From contig CAZCIR010000012.1 in the NCBI GenBank assembly GCA_964499145.1, positions 3,603-67,602 of the forward strand: 64,000 bases of DNA. Reading direction: 5' to 3'. The notes below the pieces were generated by a model. The model saw only the letters and a list, made by a program, of their open reading frames with translations, did not search any database and was not told the DNA's origin. The translations under genes were made by a program, and so were the position numbers. Positions 50,033 through 59,983 of the stretch are shown here, piece after piece (within the stretch, counting starts at the first letter, position 1; each line of letters opens with the position of its first letter). Source of the stretch: an uncultured Pirellulales bacterium. Lineage in GTDB: Bacteria; Planctomycetota; Phycisphaerae; Sedimentisphaerales; Anaerobacaceae.

Positions 50033-51406
50033 ATGGCCGGATCAATTAACTCGGTTTTAACAGTCCATAATACACTTCTGGCATTTGTAGCACTGTTTGC
50101 TCTGGCGGCACTTATTATGCGATATCCTGAATTTGGGATCGCTTTGCTGGCCGTGTTTCCAGTGATTTTGAAGTCAGTGGAAATCATCAGAAGCACACTG
50201 CTTATATGGGTCGCAGTACTGACTGCAATATCACTATTTTGGTACGTAAGCAGAGAGCCAATTAATTATCTAAACCGTCTGATTAACAATTCTTTAATAT
50301 GGTTTGTATGTTTGCTTTATTCCTGTGGCATTTTTACATATATTATGTTTGGTGCATCTCCATACGGCAATTCACTGTTTATATTAAAAAATCAACTTAT
50401 AACTTTTGTTTTGGTGATAATCGGTTTGATGATCATTACTCCCGATAAAGAACGTTTGAAGCGGCATATATTTTCAGTTTGCCTTGTTATGGCTGTTTAT
50501 CATTTTTTGTATGGATACATCATGATTGACAAGATTAATCATACGTTTATGTGGCGATGCCACACTAATCTGCTTGGATATAGCATCGGCAGTGCCGCTG
50601 CGGGTTCATTCATGAGTGTTATAATTGTATTGTGTCACCCTGACATTTTTTCTCCTGATAAATTCAAAAGGTTGTTTCAATTTGCTTTCCTGATTCTACC
50701 TATCTTTATCGTTATCTTTAGCGGTACACGAATTGCGTGGCCAAGTGCTATAATCGGTGTGGCAGTGTGTTCGTATTATCTAAAGTATTTTGGGGTTATT
50801 AAGTTAGTTTTACGAGGATTTGTCATTGTTGTAATTATAATTATCGTTTCCATGTACTTTTTAACACAAGTTAATGAGGCTGTTTATTCTGTAGGTTCGC
50901 GTTTTAGTAAAGCAATTAAATCACCCCAAGACGCATTAGGGCCAAGAATAGATGGGTATGAGGCAGGGATTAAGCAATTCGCAAGTTCCCCTGTATTTGG
51001 TGTTGGTATAGGAGGAGGTGGTGAGGTGGTTATTAAGCATGTTCTGCGCAATCCAACAGAAACTATTATTTATAGGCAGCATATTCATAACATGGTATTG
51101 TCTATCCTTGCAGAGCAAGGCATTGTTGGTTTTGCACTATTTGTCGCATTATACACCACTGCAATTCGTTATGCACTGATTGCGGTTAAACGCAAAAACA
51201 ATGACTCTTTCGGTTTTCGGTTGGGTATAGTTGCTATTTCCGGGTTGTTTGCTTCTGCTGTGCTGGGAATTACGGGCAGTTCACCCACGCTATATTGGCT
51301 GTTTGGCATTTCCTATGTTGCATACTACCACTCCAAGGCAGAACCAATTGGCCATGTGACACAAAATCCAAAAGTTATGTCGTATTCACATCGCAACAGA
51401 GGTTGA
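50033..51406 (+). CDS. Wzy/O-antigen-ligase-like polytopic membrane protein (second copy of this fold in the locus)
   Basis: It has at least 10 helices and a periplasmic loop, followed by HIHNMVLSILAEQGIVG, which is the Wzy_C-type H-N-x-x-L-x-x-x-x-E-x-G pattern. Confidence 0.7.
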   Translation: MAGSINSVLTVHNTLLAFVALFALAALIMRYPEFGIALLAVFPVILKSVEIIRSTLLIWVAVLTAISLFWYVSREPINYLNRLINNSLIWFVCLLYSCGIFTYIMFGASPYGNSLFILKNQLITFVLVIIGLMIITPDKERLKRHIFSVCLVMAVYHFLYGYIMIDKINHTFMWRCHTNLLGYSIGSAAAGSFMSVIIVLCHPDIFSPDKFKRLFQFAFLILPIFIVIFSGTRIAWPSAIIGVAVCSYYLKYFGVIKLVLRGFVIVVIIIIVSMYFLTQVNEAVYSVGSRFSKAIKSPQDALGPRIDGYEAGIKQFASSPVFGVGIGGGGEVVIKHVLRNPTETIIYRQHIHNMVLSILAEQGIVGFALFVALYTTAIRYALIAVKRKNNDSFGFRLGIVAISGLFASAVLGITGSSPTLYWLFGISYVAYYHSKAEPIGHVTQNPKVMSYSHRNRG

Positions 51407-51416
51407 ATAGAAAAAA

Positions 51417-52271
51417 ATGCTGCAATCAAATAAAACAATTGATTTTCCAACCATAACGATTGTTATGCCATGTTTCAACCAGGCGCAGTATATAGAAGAA
51501 TCCATCCAATCTATATTAAGCCAGAACTATCCTAAGCTGGAGTTTATAATTTTTGATGGTGGCAGCACGGATGGGAGTGCGCAAATTATTGAGAAGTATT
51601 CAAATTATTTGGCTTATTGGCACAGCCGTCCGGACAAAGGTCAAACTGACGCTTTAATCCAGGGCTTTTCACGTGCCACAGGTGATTTGATGGGATGGAT
51701 AAATAGTGACGATATTTTGCTGCCAAATACATTAAAGTATATCTCTTTAGCTTATGTTAAAAATCTAAGTGTAGAATTGTTTTTTGGCAACTTTTTACTT
51801 ATTGATAAGGATAGCAAAATAACACGTTGTCAAAAAGTTCCAAGTAACGGTATTAAATGGTTTGCGGAAAGAGGGCACTGGATATTCAATGGGACCGGAA
51901 CTTTTTTCAGCAGAAGGGCTTATGACAGTGTTGGAGGATTGCATGCAGATCTTTCATATGTAATGGACGCCGACTTATATATACGAATGATCCTTAACGG
52001 TATCCAATATCAACATATCGGGCATTACATTTCAGGTTTCAGAAGACATAGTAGTGCCAAAACAGTATTCGGTTCAAAATTATCAAAGGATGAACATTAT
52101 TATGCTGCTACCAAATATTGGCTACCTGACGCATCCAAAGGGCGAAAACAGAAACGCTGGCGATATTTGTATTGGGCATTTCAACTTGTTAACGGTAATT
52201 TTAAGATGTTTTTTGATACAATTACTGCCAAGGGACGAAACTGGAAAGAACTGGCTGAAAGGGTCGGATAA
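51417..52271 (+). CDS. GT2-family glycosyltransferase (paralogue of 49035..50003)
   Basis: The sequence ITIVMPCFNQAQYIEESIQSILSQNYPKLEFIIFDGGSTDGSAQIIEKY plus INSDDIL supports the call. Confidence 0.85.
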   Translation: MLQSNKTIDFPTITIVMPCFNQAQYIEESIQSILSQNYPKLEFIIFDGGSTDGSAQIIEKYSNYLAYWHSRPDKGQTDALIQGFSRATGDLMGWINSDDILLPNTLKYISLAYVKNLSVELFFGNFLLIDKDSKITRCQKVPSNGIKWFAERGHWIFNGTGTFFSRRAYDSVGGLHADLSYVMDADLYIRMILNGIQYQHIGHYISGFRRHSSAKTVFGSKLSKDEHYYAATKYWLPDASKGRKQKRWRYLYWAFQLVNGNFKMFFDTITAKGRNWKELAERVG

Positions 52272-52273
52272 TA

Positions 52274-53149
52274 TTGATAAAGAACAAAGCAAGCTTTTCC
52301 TTGCCGGATATGGAATGTGCCTGGAAAATACTCAATGAGAAATTTCCATTTACGGGTTATATCCGTCCTGCGCGTAAATCGGGTTATTTTGAAATGGTTA
52401 GAAAAGTGGTGAAATGGAGTGGTTTGAACGCAAAAGTATTGGACTTTGGAGCAGGTCCTTGTGATAAGACAGCAATGTTCTCGCTTGCCGGGATGGAAGT
52501 GATGGCTTTTGATAATTTGCAGGATGCATGGCATAAGTTGAACGGTAATAAGGAGAAAATACTCGCTTTTGCCAAGAGTGTTGGGATTGATTATTATTTG
52601 CCGAATGGAAATGATTATTTTACATTTCCAGACAAACAGTACGATGTGATGATGATGCATAATGTTATAGAGCATTTACACAGCTCGCCTCGTTCACTTT
52701 TAAATAAGTTACTTACGTACATCAGGCCAGGTGGGATACTTGCAATTACTGTTCCGAACGCAGCTAATTTGCGAAAGCGCCTTTATCTGCTGCTCGGCAA
52801 GACAAATTACAGCCGGTTCCCATATTTTTACTGGTATCCAGGTCAGTGGCATGGGCATGTAAGGGAATATGTTCGAAAAGATTTATTACTACTCAATGAA
52901 TATTTACGGATGGATTTGTTAGAGTTAACTACTTATCACCTGCAGTTAGATGCTTTGCTCCCATTTTTCCGTAAACCTTTCATAGGTTTTTCCTGGTTTT
53001 TCCCGGGTATTCGCGACTCATGGATATTGGTTTGCCGCAAGCCTTTGGACTGGAAACCACAATTTGAACCTTCTGGTGAACAATTTGAAAAAGCTTTTGG
53101 AAATCAATATTATGACTACTCGAAGGATGATTTTGTTTGGGAAGATTAG
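52274..53149 (+). CDS. Class I SAM-dependent methyltransferase
   Basis: Motifs are KVLDFGAGPCDK, YDVMMMHNVIEHL and IRPGGILAITVPN. The start is uncertain: TTG 52274 or ATG 52310. Confidence 0.7.
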   Translation: MIKNKASFSLPDMECAWKILNEKFPFTGYIRPARKSGYFEMVRKVVKWSGLNAKVLDFGAGPCDKTAMFSLAGMEVMAFDNLQDAWHKLNGNKEKILAFAKSVGIDYYLPNGNDYFTFPDKQYDVMMMHNVIEHLHSSPRSLLNKLLTYIRPGGILAITVPNAANLRKRLYLLLGKTNYSRFPYFYWYPGQWHGHVREYVRKDLLLLNEYLRMDLLELTTYHLQLDALLPFFRKPFIGFSWFFPGIRDSWILVCRKPLDWKPQFEPSGEQFEKAFGNQYYDYSKDDFVWED

Positions 53150-53189
53150 CATTAAGAGCCAATAAATAATATGCTAATGTAGGCACGAA

Positions 53190-54332
53190 ATGCCTGTAAG
53201 TACGGCTTTTAGCTTGGAAAATTCATCAGCTAGTTTATTACTCACAGCTGTTTTTAAATGGTTCGATGAGGCGAATATTCCATACTGTGTGCAACGAAAT
53301 TACCATGGCTATCCAGATAGATTAACTGGTGATGTAGACATAGTTGTCCCGGAGGGACAGATTGCGTTCATCGCTGATAAACTTCGAAGATTAGCTCACA
53401 GGCTGGGATGGAGTTGTTATATAGAATATTCATGGAGGGGCTCGGCGCATCTTGGTTTTTGTAAATCAATATATCCCGAACGCTTCGTTTTGGTGATTGA
53501 ACTGTTCGCTGGTGGCAGTTGGCGAGGGATGGTTTATCTTTCATCTTCAAATATTCTTTCCGGGCGTATTAGACATGGAATTACGTGGCGGCCACGCCCG
53601 GCACATCAGGCGGTTATTACCGCTATTCATCATTTATTGTATAACCAAGAGGTGCCGGATAAATATAAAGAGGAGATTTGTTCTTTAGTAAGAGATGACC
53701 AGGAACTGTTCAAACAAGTGCTGTCTTCTGCTTTCGGCAAATCTCTTTCCAAACTCACCTTAGAAACTATTCTTGATGGTGGCTGGGAAATGCTTGCAAA
53801 CAAAGCTGCATGGTATAAATTCTTTCTTGCCTTGTTGATATATAAACACCCTTTCATTTCTTTAGTTAATATTCTTCATGGCTTTCGGGCTTGTCGGCAT
53901 ATTCCCGAGGGAGTTCTTTTCGTTGTATGTAACGAGTCTGAAAAACAACGGAATCTTCTGTGTAAGATGTTATTGGAGATAGCTGAGCAATGGCATATAT
54001 TTATTCCAATTTTTCGTAAAATCATTAATTGTGATAATCCGGTGAGGCTTGGGAGCAGTGAAGCTAAACTTGTTTATCACGTTGTGCGCCATGGCGGCAT
54101 TGCGGTCATTAATTGTAAGGTCGCCTTGGATATCAACTTAAAGTTGTCCTATCCTTTTTATAGAATCACTTCCGTCGAAGATGGAAGCAGAGTAGATGTG
54201 GAACATAACAATTGTATAAAAGATTCAAAAACTCTTGTAATTTCCGATGGAGATGTTGAACAAATGGTTCTGCAAATTTGGAATTTCATTTTAATCGATC
54301 GGTCGCAAAGGAATCTAACATTTAATGATTAA
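53190..54332 (+). CDS. Hypothetical protein, possibly an uncharacterised nucleotidyltransferase-fold protein
   Basis: The only hint is GDVDIVVPEGQ near the N-terminus. Coding status is well supported by its length and operon packing. Confidence 0.45.
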   Translation: MPVSTAFSLENSSASLLLTAVFKWFDEANIPYCVQRNYHGYPDRLTGDVDIVVPEGQIAFIADKLRRLAHRLGWSCYIEYSWRGSAHLGFCKSIYPERFVLVIELFAGGSWRGMVYLSSSNILSGRIRHGITWRPRPAHQAVITAIHHLLYNQEVPDKYKEEICSLVRDDQELFKQVLSSAFGKSLSKLTLETILDGGWEMLANKAAWYKFFLALLIYKHPFISLVNILHGFRACRHIPEGVLFVVCNESEKQRNLLCKMLLEIAEQWHIFIPIFRKIINCDNPVRLGSSEAKLVYHVVRHGGIAVINCKVALDINLKLSYPFYRITSVEDGSRVDVEHNNCIKDSKTLVISDGDVEQMVLQIWNFILIDRSQRNLTFND

Positions 54333-55323
54333 AACGATGAATAAACCACGAATTCTACTTGTCGGCGATATGCAAGGCAAAGACGACGAGGGGATGAAAA
54401 GAGTTGCCCGCACTTTATATGGTGAATTACAATATGATAATGACCTTTATATAAAGGCAGTGTCTATTCAGGAATCACTTGACAAGGCAAACACAGTTGA
54501 CATATTACACCATATCGGGGGGCCAACATACAGGAGCGTTCTTTTCGCCGCTTTGTGCCAAAAGAAGAATAAAAATCTTAAAACAATCCTTACCTTCATC
54601 AAGCCGGTTTGGAACCTTGCTGCAGATATATCCATTCGAATTTTCAAACCGAGCCACGTTATTGTATCCTCGGATTACTGGAAGCAATGGGCAAAACGAT
54701 TGGGGATTAAACACCGTTTTATACCTCTTTCAGGTGTTGATTCGCATCGGTTTTGCCCTGTGGATTTACAACAAAAAAACCAATTACGACAAAAATTGAA
54801 TTTACCATTGGGTAAGATACTGGTTTTACATGTCGGCCATTTGAAATATGACCGAAACCTAGAAGTGTTACTTAAAACACAGGTGCACCCCGCTATACAG
54901 GTCATAATCATTGGCAGTACAACTACAAAACAATCCGGGCGATTAATACATCGTCTGGAGAAATCAGGATGTAGAATAATTCGAGATTATCAGCCTAAAG
55001 TTGAAGAATTTTATCAGGCAGTTGATTGCTATATCTTTCCTACTACTGACCATAGGGCAGCAATCCATATCCCTCTAAGTGTTTTGGAAGCAATGGCAAC
55101 TAATCTGCCCGTAATTACAACTCAATTCGGCGAACTTCCGATTTTATTTCCGTCTGCTTGTGGTCTTTACTACCTTCGGCCAAATCATTTTGATGATTTG
55201 CCAAGCATTATTATGTCAGCAACTGCCCGGGCATCAGATACCCGCTCTCTGATAAAAGCGCTATCTTGGAGTTGTGTTGCAAATCAGGTTAAAAAAATTT
55301 ATTTTGAACTTACAGGTGACTAA
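54325..55323 (+). CDS. GT4-like glycosyltransferase
   Basis: The N-terminus RILLVGD and the C-terminal VLEAMATNLPVITTQFGELP support the call. It overlaps the upstream gene by 8 nt. Confidence 0.7.
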   Translation: MIKTMNKPRILLVGDMQGKDDEGMKRVARTLYGELQYDNDLYIKAVSIQESLDKANTVDILHHIGGPTYRSVLFAALCQKKNKNLKTILTFIKPVWNLAADISIRIFKPSHVIVSSDYWKQWAKRLGIKHRFIPLSGVDSHRFCPVDLQQKNQLRQKLNLPLGKILVLHVGHLKYDRNLEVLLKTQVHPAIQVIIIGSTTTKQSGRLIHRLEKSGCRIIRDYQPKVEEFYQAVDCYIFPTTDHRAAIHIPLSVLEAMATNLPVITTQFGELPILFPSACGLYYLRPNHFDDLPSIIMSATARASDTRSLIKALSWSCVANQVKKIYFELTGD

Positions 55324-57120
55324 TTGAAGAGCAGAAGAGGATTTCTTCTGGCTATATTTGGTCCTGATGGAAGCGGCAAAAGCACCACAGCCAACCTTAT
55401 TGAAAATATTTGTCGCGATAATGGTTTATCCGTTCATCGATATCATTGGCGTCCAGGGGTACTACCCTCATCACTACATTCGGAAAATAAAGGTTTTGAT
55501 ATAACACATCCAAACGACCTGCAGCTTAGATCGTTAGTAAGCTCGCTGTGTATGTATCTGTATTATTTTTATGATTTTTTACTAGGTTATTTTTTCCGAT
55601 TTCGCTCGTTATTGAAGCGTGGAACAACTATTATATATGAAAGATATTATTATGATCTGCAATTTCATCCGGCAAGATATAGATTACAGCGGTTCGGGCT
55701 TTTGGCAAAAATATTGTCGAAAATTGTGCCACGACCAGATTTAATAGTTTTACTCAAAGCAAAGCCTTTCGTCATATTAGATCGCAAGCCGGAATTACCA
55801 AGTAGCGAAATCGAACGACAGCAAAATATAATGGCACAATCTCTTATTAAGTTTGGGAAAGTGTTAAGTATCGATACTTCTACAACCGAACCTGCACATG
55901 TGGCTGACATAATTTACAGAGAAATGTTTAACAACGGATATCCTGCATCTTCTTTAGCAGACCAATCCAAATCCGTTTCAGGGCTTAGTCTTTTGATAGG
56001 TCCTTTGCTTAAGCATCGCGTCGAGGGGGCCGGCATCGCCTTTGATTATGTTATTAAAACTTTTCGAAAAAAAAACCTGCCATACAAGGTTATTGACATT
56101 GGCCCGGTAGATTCTGCAAGAACGGTTGGGATTTTTACTTTGGGCAGGTGTATTGAGATTCTTAAAGCATTAATCCGGTATTGGTGGTATCTATTGTTTA
56201 CAAAACGTATTTATTTACTTGTAGGCGTTTCGACGGTTGCTTTTTTGCGCGATTTGCTGATGATCTGGTCTGCTAAGCTGTTGAGATGCAGAATAACTCT
56301 GCATGTCCATAGTGGGGCATATGGTGACTTCTATAAAGAACAACCTAACTGGATCAAAAATATAATTTCGAAAACCTTGAAACAGGCTGATGCTATTGTG
56401 GTCTTAGGCAATCTGTTACGCAGCCAATTTTCATTCTTGTCGGAGGCGGAAGATAAATTATATGTAGTACCAAATACTTTATCTCTTGACTCAACTATAA
56501 ATACCGTTAAAGAAAAAATTCTTAAGCCACCTAAACCGATACGGTTATTGTTTTTGTCTAACCTAATTGAATCTAAAGGGTATCTGGACTGCCTGGAAGC
56601 TTGCAATCTTCTGCATAATAAGCGGAAAGTACCTGTACGTTTCGATCTATGCGGGAAGTTTATTCAATGTAAAACCAATCCTGCCAGGAAAACAGAACAA
56701 GAACTGATAGGTGATTTGAAGGAACAAATAAAATCGCTCGGATTATCAGAGGTTGTTAGCTACCATGGGGTGGTAACCAGTTATGCCAAGCAACGGTTAT
56801 TGATCGAATCGAACATACTAATTTTACCTACTTACTATGCATGGGAAGGACAACCTATATGTATTATCGAAGCCTTGGCTTATGCTACACCTGTAATAGC
56901 TACAAACTTTCGAGGGATTCCAGAACAGGTAATCGATAATTATAACGGTTTTTTGGTTACCGCATGCAAACCTAATGAAATTGCAGACCGTGTGGAATAT
57001 ATGTGGAATGAGCCCCGGAAATATTATCAAATGAGCTTAAATGCCAGGCAGCATTTTGATAAAAACTTCACACGAAAAGCACATATTGAAACCCTGATGC
57101 CAATTATTCTCGGCTCGTAA
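55324..57120 (+). CDS. Fusion of a P-loop nucleoside/nucleotide-kinase-like domain with a GT4 glycosyltransferase
   Basis: A TTG start immediately follows the upstream stop. The N-terminal P-loop is LAIFGPDGSGKST. The C-terminal region is IIEALAYATPVIATNFRGIPEQVIDNYNGFLV. Confidence 0.75.
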   Translation: MKSRRGFLLAIFGPDGSGKSTTANLIENICRDNGLSVHRYHWRPGVLPSSLHSENKGFDITHPNDLQLRSLVSSLCMYLYYFYDFLLGYFFRFRSLLKRGTTIIYERYYYDLQFHPARYRLQRFGLLAKILSKIVPRPDLIVLLKAKPFVILDRKPELPSSEIERQQNIMAQSLIKFGKVLSIDTSTTEPAHVADIIYREMFNNGYPASSLADQSKSVSGLSLLIGPLLKHRVEGAGIAFDYVIKTFRKKNLPYKVIDIGPVDSARTVGIFTLGRCIEILKALIRYWWYLLFTKRIYLLVGVSTVAFLRDLLMIWSAKLLRCRITLHVHSGAYGDFYKEQPNWIKNIISKTLKQADAIVVLGNLLRSQFSFLSEAEDKLYVVPNTLSLDSTINTVKEKILKPPKPIRLLFLSNLIESKGYLDCLEACNLLHNKRKVPVRFDLCGKFIQCKTNPARKTEQELIGDLKEQIKSLGLSEVVSYHGVVTSYAKQRLLIESNILILPTYYAWEGQPICIIEALAYATPVIATNFRGIPEQVIDNYNGFLVTACKPNEIADRVEYMWNEPRKYYQMSLNARQHFDKNFTRKAHIETLMPIILGS

Positions 57121-57144
57121 TCAAATAAAGAACCTGCCAAAGTT

Positions 57145-58617
57145 ATGAAGCGCATACTATTCATTCAGCCCCCTTTTTACAGATTTATAGGTATGCACTC
57201 ACGATATTTTCCATATCAGCTTGCCAACATGGGAACATATCTTCAAAACAATGGGCATCAAGTTAAAGTATTTGAAGCAGACCTGGCTGAAAAATACGGC
57301 AGGCTTGATTTTACTGACCTCGAATCACTATATGACAATTACCTGGAAACTTTAAAAACTTTTGACGACCCTTTTTGGAAAATACTCGAAAGAGAAATAA
57401 AGAATTTTAAACCCGATTATATAGGAATAACTGTTTGGACAACGTTCATTGCCTCGGCAATTCGTACAGCACAGTATTGCAAAAGGACTTTTCCTTCAGC
57501 GGTCGTTATAGCAGGTGGACCTCATGTAACTTTAATACCAGAAGATATAAAAAATATTGACGCATTTGACATCGGCGTGATCGGTGAAGGCGAACAAACC
57601 ATTTTAGAAATTATAAATGGTAATTGCCTCTCCTCAATTCAAGGTATTTTTTATTCCGAAGGAGGAGTTAAAAAACAAAATGAACCCCGGATGTTCGTTG
57701 AAAATCTGGATGATTTCGGCTTTCCTGACAGGTCACTGCTGATAAACGAGAACAAGTATGAAGCTGAGGACATGGGACTTATAATGTCTTCGCGAGGCTG
57801 TCCTTTTGCCTGTGCTTATTGTGCGACGTCTATCTGGAAAAATAAAGTCAGGAATAGAAGCGTAGAAAGTATAATTGAAGAGATAAAGTCGGTCAAAAGA
57901 AGATATGGTACAGTTTACTTCACCATAAAGGATGACACCTTCACAGTGAATAAAAATCGAGTTTACAGCTTATGCAGTAAGCTCAAACAAGAGAAGATGC
58001 ATATCTTCTGGGAATGTAATGCCCATCTCAATACATTAGACAGAGAGATGCTTGCCGAGATGAGGTCAGCTGGTTGTGTGTCCATTAAAATTGGAATAGA
58101 ATCAGGCTCTGATAGAATTCACAGGATAATCAACAAAAAACTCACTAATGAAATTGTTACATCAAAAATAAAAATGTTTGATGGCGTTGGCATTCATTTG
58201 ACCTGTTATTTTATGATGGGAATCCCCGGAGAAACTAAAGATGATATCCTTCAAACTCTAGATTTTGCATATAATATAAAACCGGACTATATAAGTTTTA
58301 GTGTATATGAAATCTTCCCTAAAACCGAGTTGCTTAGATTGGGAGTTGAAGAGAACACCGCAACAGAATCAATAGAAATCGAAGACTATTTTAAAATGCG
58401 TCCCTCCGATTATTATTTCACAAACCACAGAAGACACCTAGCTACAATGACTTACGATGAATACGACTCTCTTGAAAGCTATATCAAGAAAAACGTTAAT
58501 AGATATAATCGTTCTGTAAGGTGTATTTATCTCCGAGTCAAATCTCGGCTGCCAATTTACATGAAAAAGCCCGCGTATCTCCTGAGCGATACTAAGAAAT
58601 TCTTTAAATGGCTTTAA
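57145..58617 (+). CDS. B12-binding-domain radical SAM enzyme (class B radical SAM, methyltransferase-like)
   Basis: The N-terminal Rossmann-like B12 domain reads IGITVWTTFIAS...VIAGGPHVTL. It is followed by SSRGCPFACAYCA (CxxxCxxC). Confidence 0.85.
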   Translation: MKRILFIQPPFYRFIGMHSRYFPYQLANMGTYLQNNGHQVKVFEADLAEKYGRLDFTDLESLYDNYLETLKTFDDPFWKILEREIKNFKPDYIGITVWTTFIASAIRTAQYCKRTFPSAVVIAGGPHVTLIPEDIKNIDAFDIGVIGEGEQTILEIINGNCLSSIQGIFYSEGGVKKQNEPRMFVENLDDFGFPDRSLLINENKYEAEDMGLIMSSRGCPFACAYCATSIWKNKVRNRSVESIIEEIKSVKRRYGTVYFTIKDDTFTVNKNRVYSLCSKLKQEKMHIFWECNAHLNTLDREMLAEMRSAGCVSIKIGIESGSDRIHRIINKKLTNEIVTSKIKMFDGVGIHLTCYFMMGIPGETKDDILQTLDFAYNIKPDYISFSVYEIFPKTELLRLGVEENTATESIEIEDYFKMRPSDYYFTNHRRHLATMTYDEYDSLESYIKKNVNRYNRSVRCIYLRVKSRLPIYMKKPAYLLSDTKKFFKWL

Positions 58618-58697
58618 AGGTTTCCTGCCAAGGCTTCTAAAGTGATTGAACAGAACTTTTATACTATATTATCAAGGATAATGATTTCCTGGAACAA

Positions 58698-59981
58698 ATG
58701 CGCTTATTAAAGAAATCTGGGGCGGAAAAGCCAAATCTTTTGGTTCTTTGTCAACTTTTTTATCCGGAGTTGGTTTCAACCGGCCAAACTCTTACCGAAC
58801 TATGTGAAGAACTGGTAAGATGCGGAGTGGATGTTAAGGTAGTTTGTGCTCCGCCGACTATTTTGCGAAAAAATAGTAAAATTCCCAAATATATAGAGCA
58901 TAAAGGAATTAAGATACGACGTGTCTGGGGAACACGCTTTCCAAAACTTAACTTGGCAGGGCGCATAATCAATCAAATGACGTTTACTGTATCGGTTTTT
59001 TTCTATCTTCTATTTGATTTTTCTAAACGACCTATCTTAGTACTTACAAATCCTCCTTTCCTATCGGTAACCTGCGCCTTGTTAAAAAGCTTGAGGATTG
59101 GTAAGCCATATATCTATCTGATTTTTGATGTATATCCGGACACAGCTATCCATTTAGGAGTTTTGAAAAAGAACGGTTTTGTGTCTAAAGTCTGGGATAA
59201 GCTGAATTCATTTGTTTTTAAGCACTCTGCATCAATTATCGTTATTGGCAAATGTATGAAGAATGTGATTACTAATAAGATGAAAACCTGTGGCCTTAAG
59301 ATGGAACATAAGATTCACTCGATACACGTATGGAGTGATGATGAGGCAATAGGATTGGCACATGACAAGCCAAACCCTTTCCTGGAAAAATGGAATTTGA
59401 ATGGCAAATTGGTGGTCGGATATTTCGGTAATATGGGCAGATTTCATGATATGGAAACTATTATGGAAGCTGCAAATATCCTAAATATAAATAACACCGA
59501 GAAAAATATTCTTTTTCTATTTGTAGGTGAAGGACACAAAAAACAATATGTGATGGATTATGCTAATAAGCAAAACCTAAAAAACTGTCAATTTCATTCA
59601 TATGTTGATAGGCAAGATTTAGGTTTGGCTTTATCTTCAGCAGACATTGGATTTGTCTCTCTTGCGAAGGGACAAGAGGGACTTTCTGTACCCTCCAAAA
59701 CGTTTGCGATGATGGCTGCAGGCCTTCCTGTCGTTGCGGTTATGTCCCCCTCTTCAGAAATTGCTGGAATTTTGCTCGAAGAAAAATGTGGGCTTGTTAC
59801 AAACCCAGGTGATCCAAAAGCGTTAGCAGATGTTATTCTGAGCTTTTATAATACACGTCAAAAATTAGAATTAATGGGGATCAATGCAAGGCAAGCAATT
59901 GACCAAAAATACAACCTGCATTCTGCAGTAAGGTCTTACTATCACTTAATTTACAACTTGAATGAAATTAAGGAGAACTAA
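58698..59981 (+). CDS. GT4-family glycosyltransferase (WcaI-like)
   Basis: The motifs LLVLCQLFYPELVSTGQ, GRFHDMETI and VPSKTFAMMAAGLPVVAV fit the WcaI-like pattern. Confidence 0.8.
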   Translation: MRLLKKSGAEKPNLLVLCQLFYPELVSTGQTLTELCEELVRCGVDVKVVCAPPTILRKNSKIPKYIEHKGIKIRRVWGTRFPKLNLAGRIINQMTFTVSVFFYLLFDFSKRPILVLTNPPFLSVTCALLKSLRIGKPYIYLIFDVYPDTAIHLGVLKKNGFVSKVWDKLNSFVFKHSASIIVIGKCMKNVITNKMKTCGLKMEHKIHSIHVWSDDEAIGLAHDKPNPFLEKWNLNGKLVVGYFGNMGRFHDMETIMEAANILNINNTEKNILFLFVGEGHKKQYVMDYANKQNLKNCQFHSYVDRQDLGLALSSADIGFVSLAKGQEGLSVPSKTFAMMAAGLPVVAVMSPSSEIAGILLEEKCGLVTNPGDPKALADVILSFYNTRQKLELMGINARQAIDQKYNLHSAVRSYYHLIYNLNEIKEN

Positions 59982-59983
59982 TC

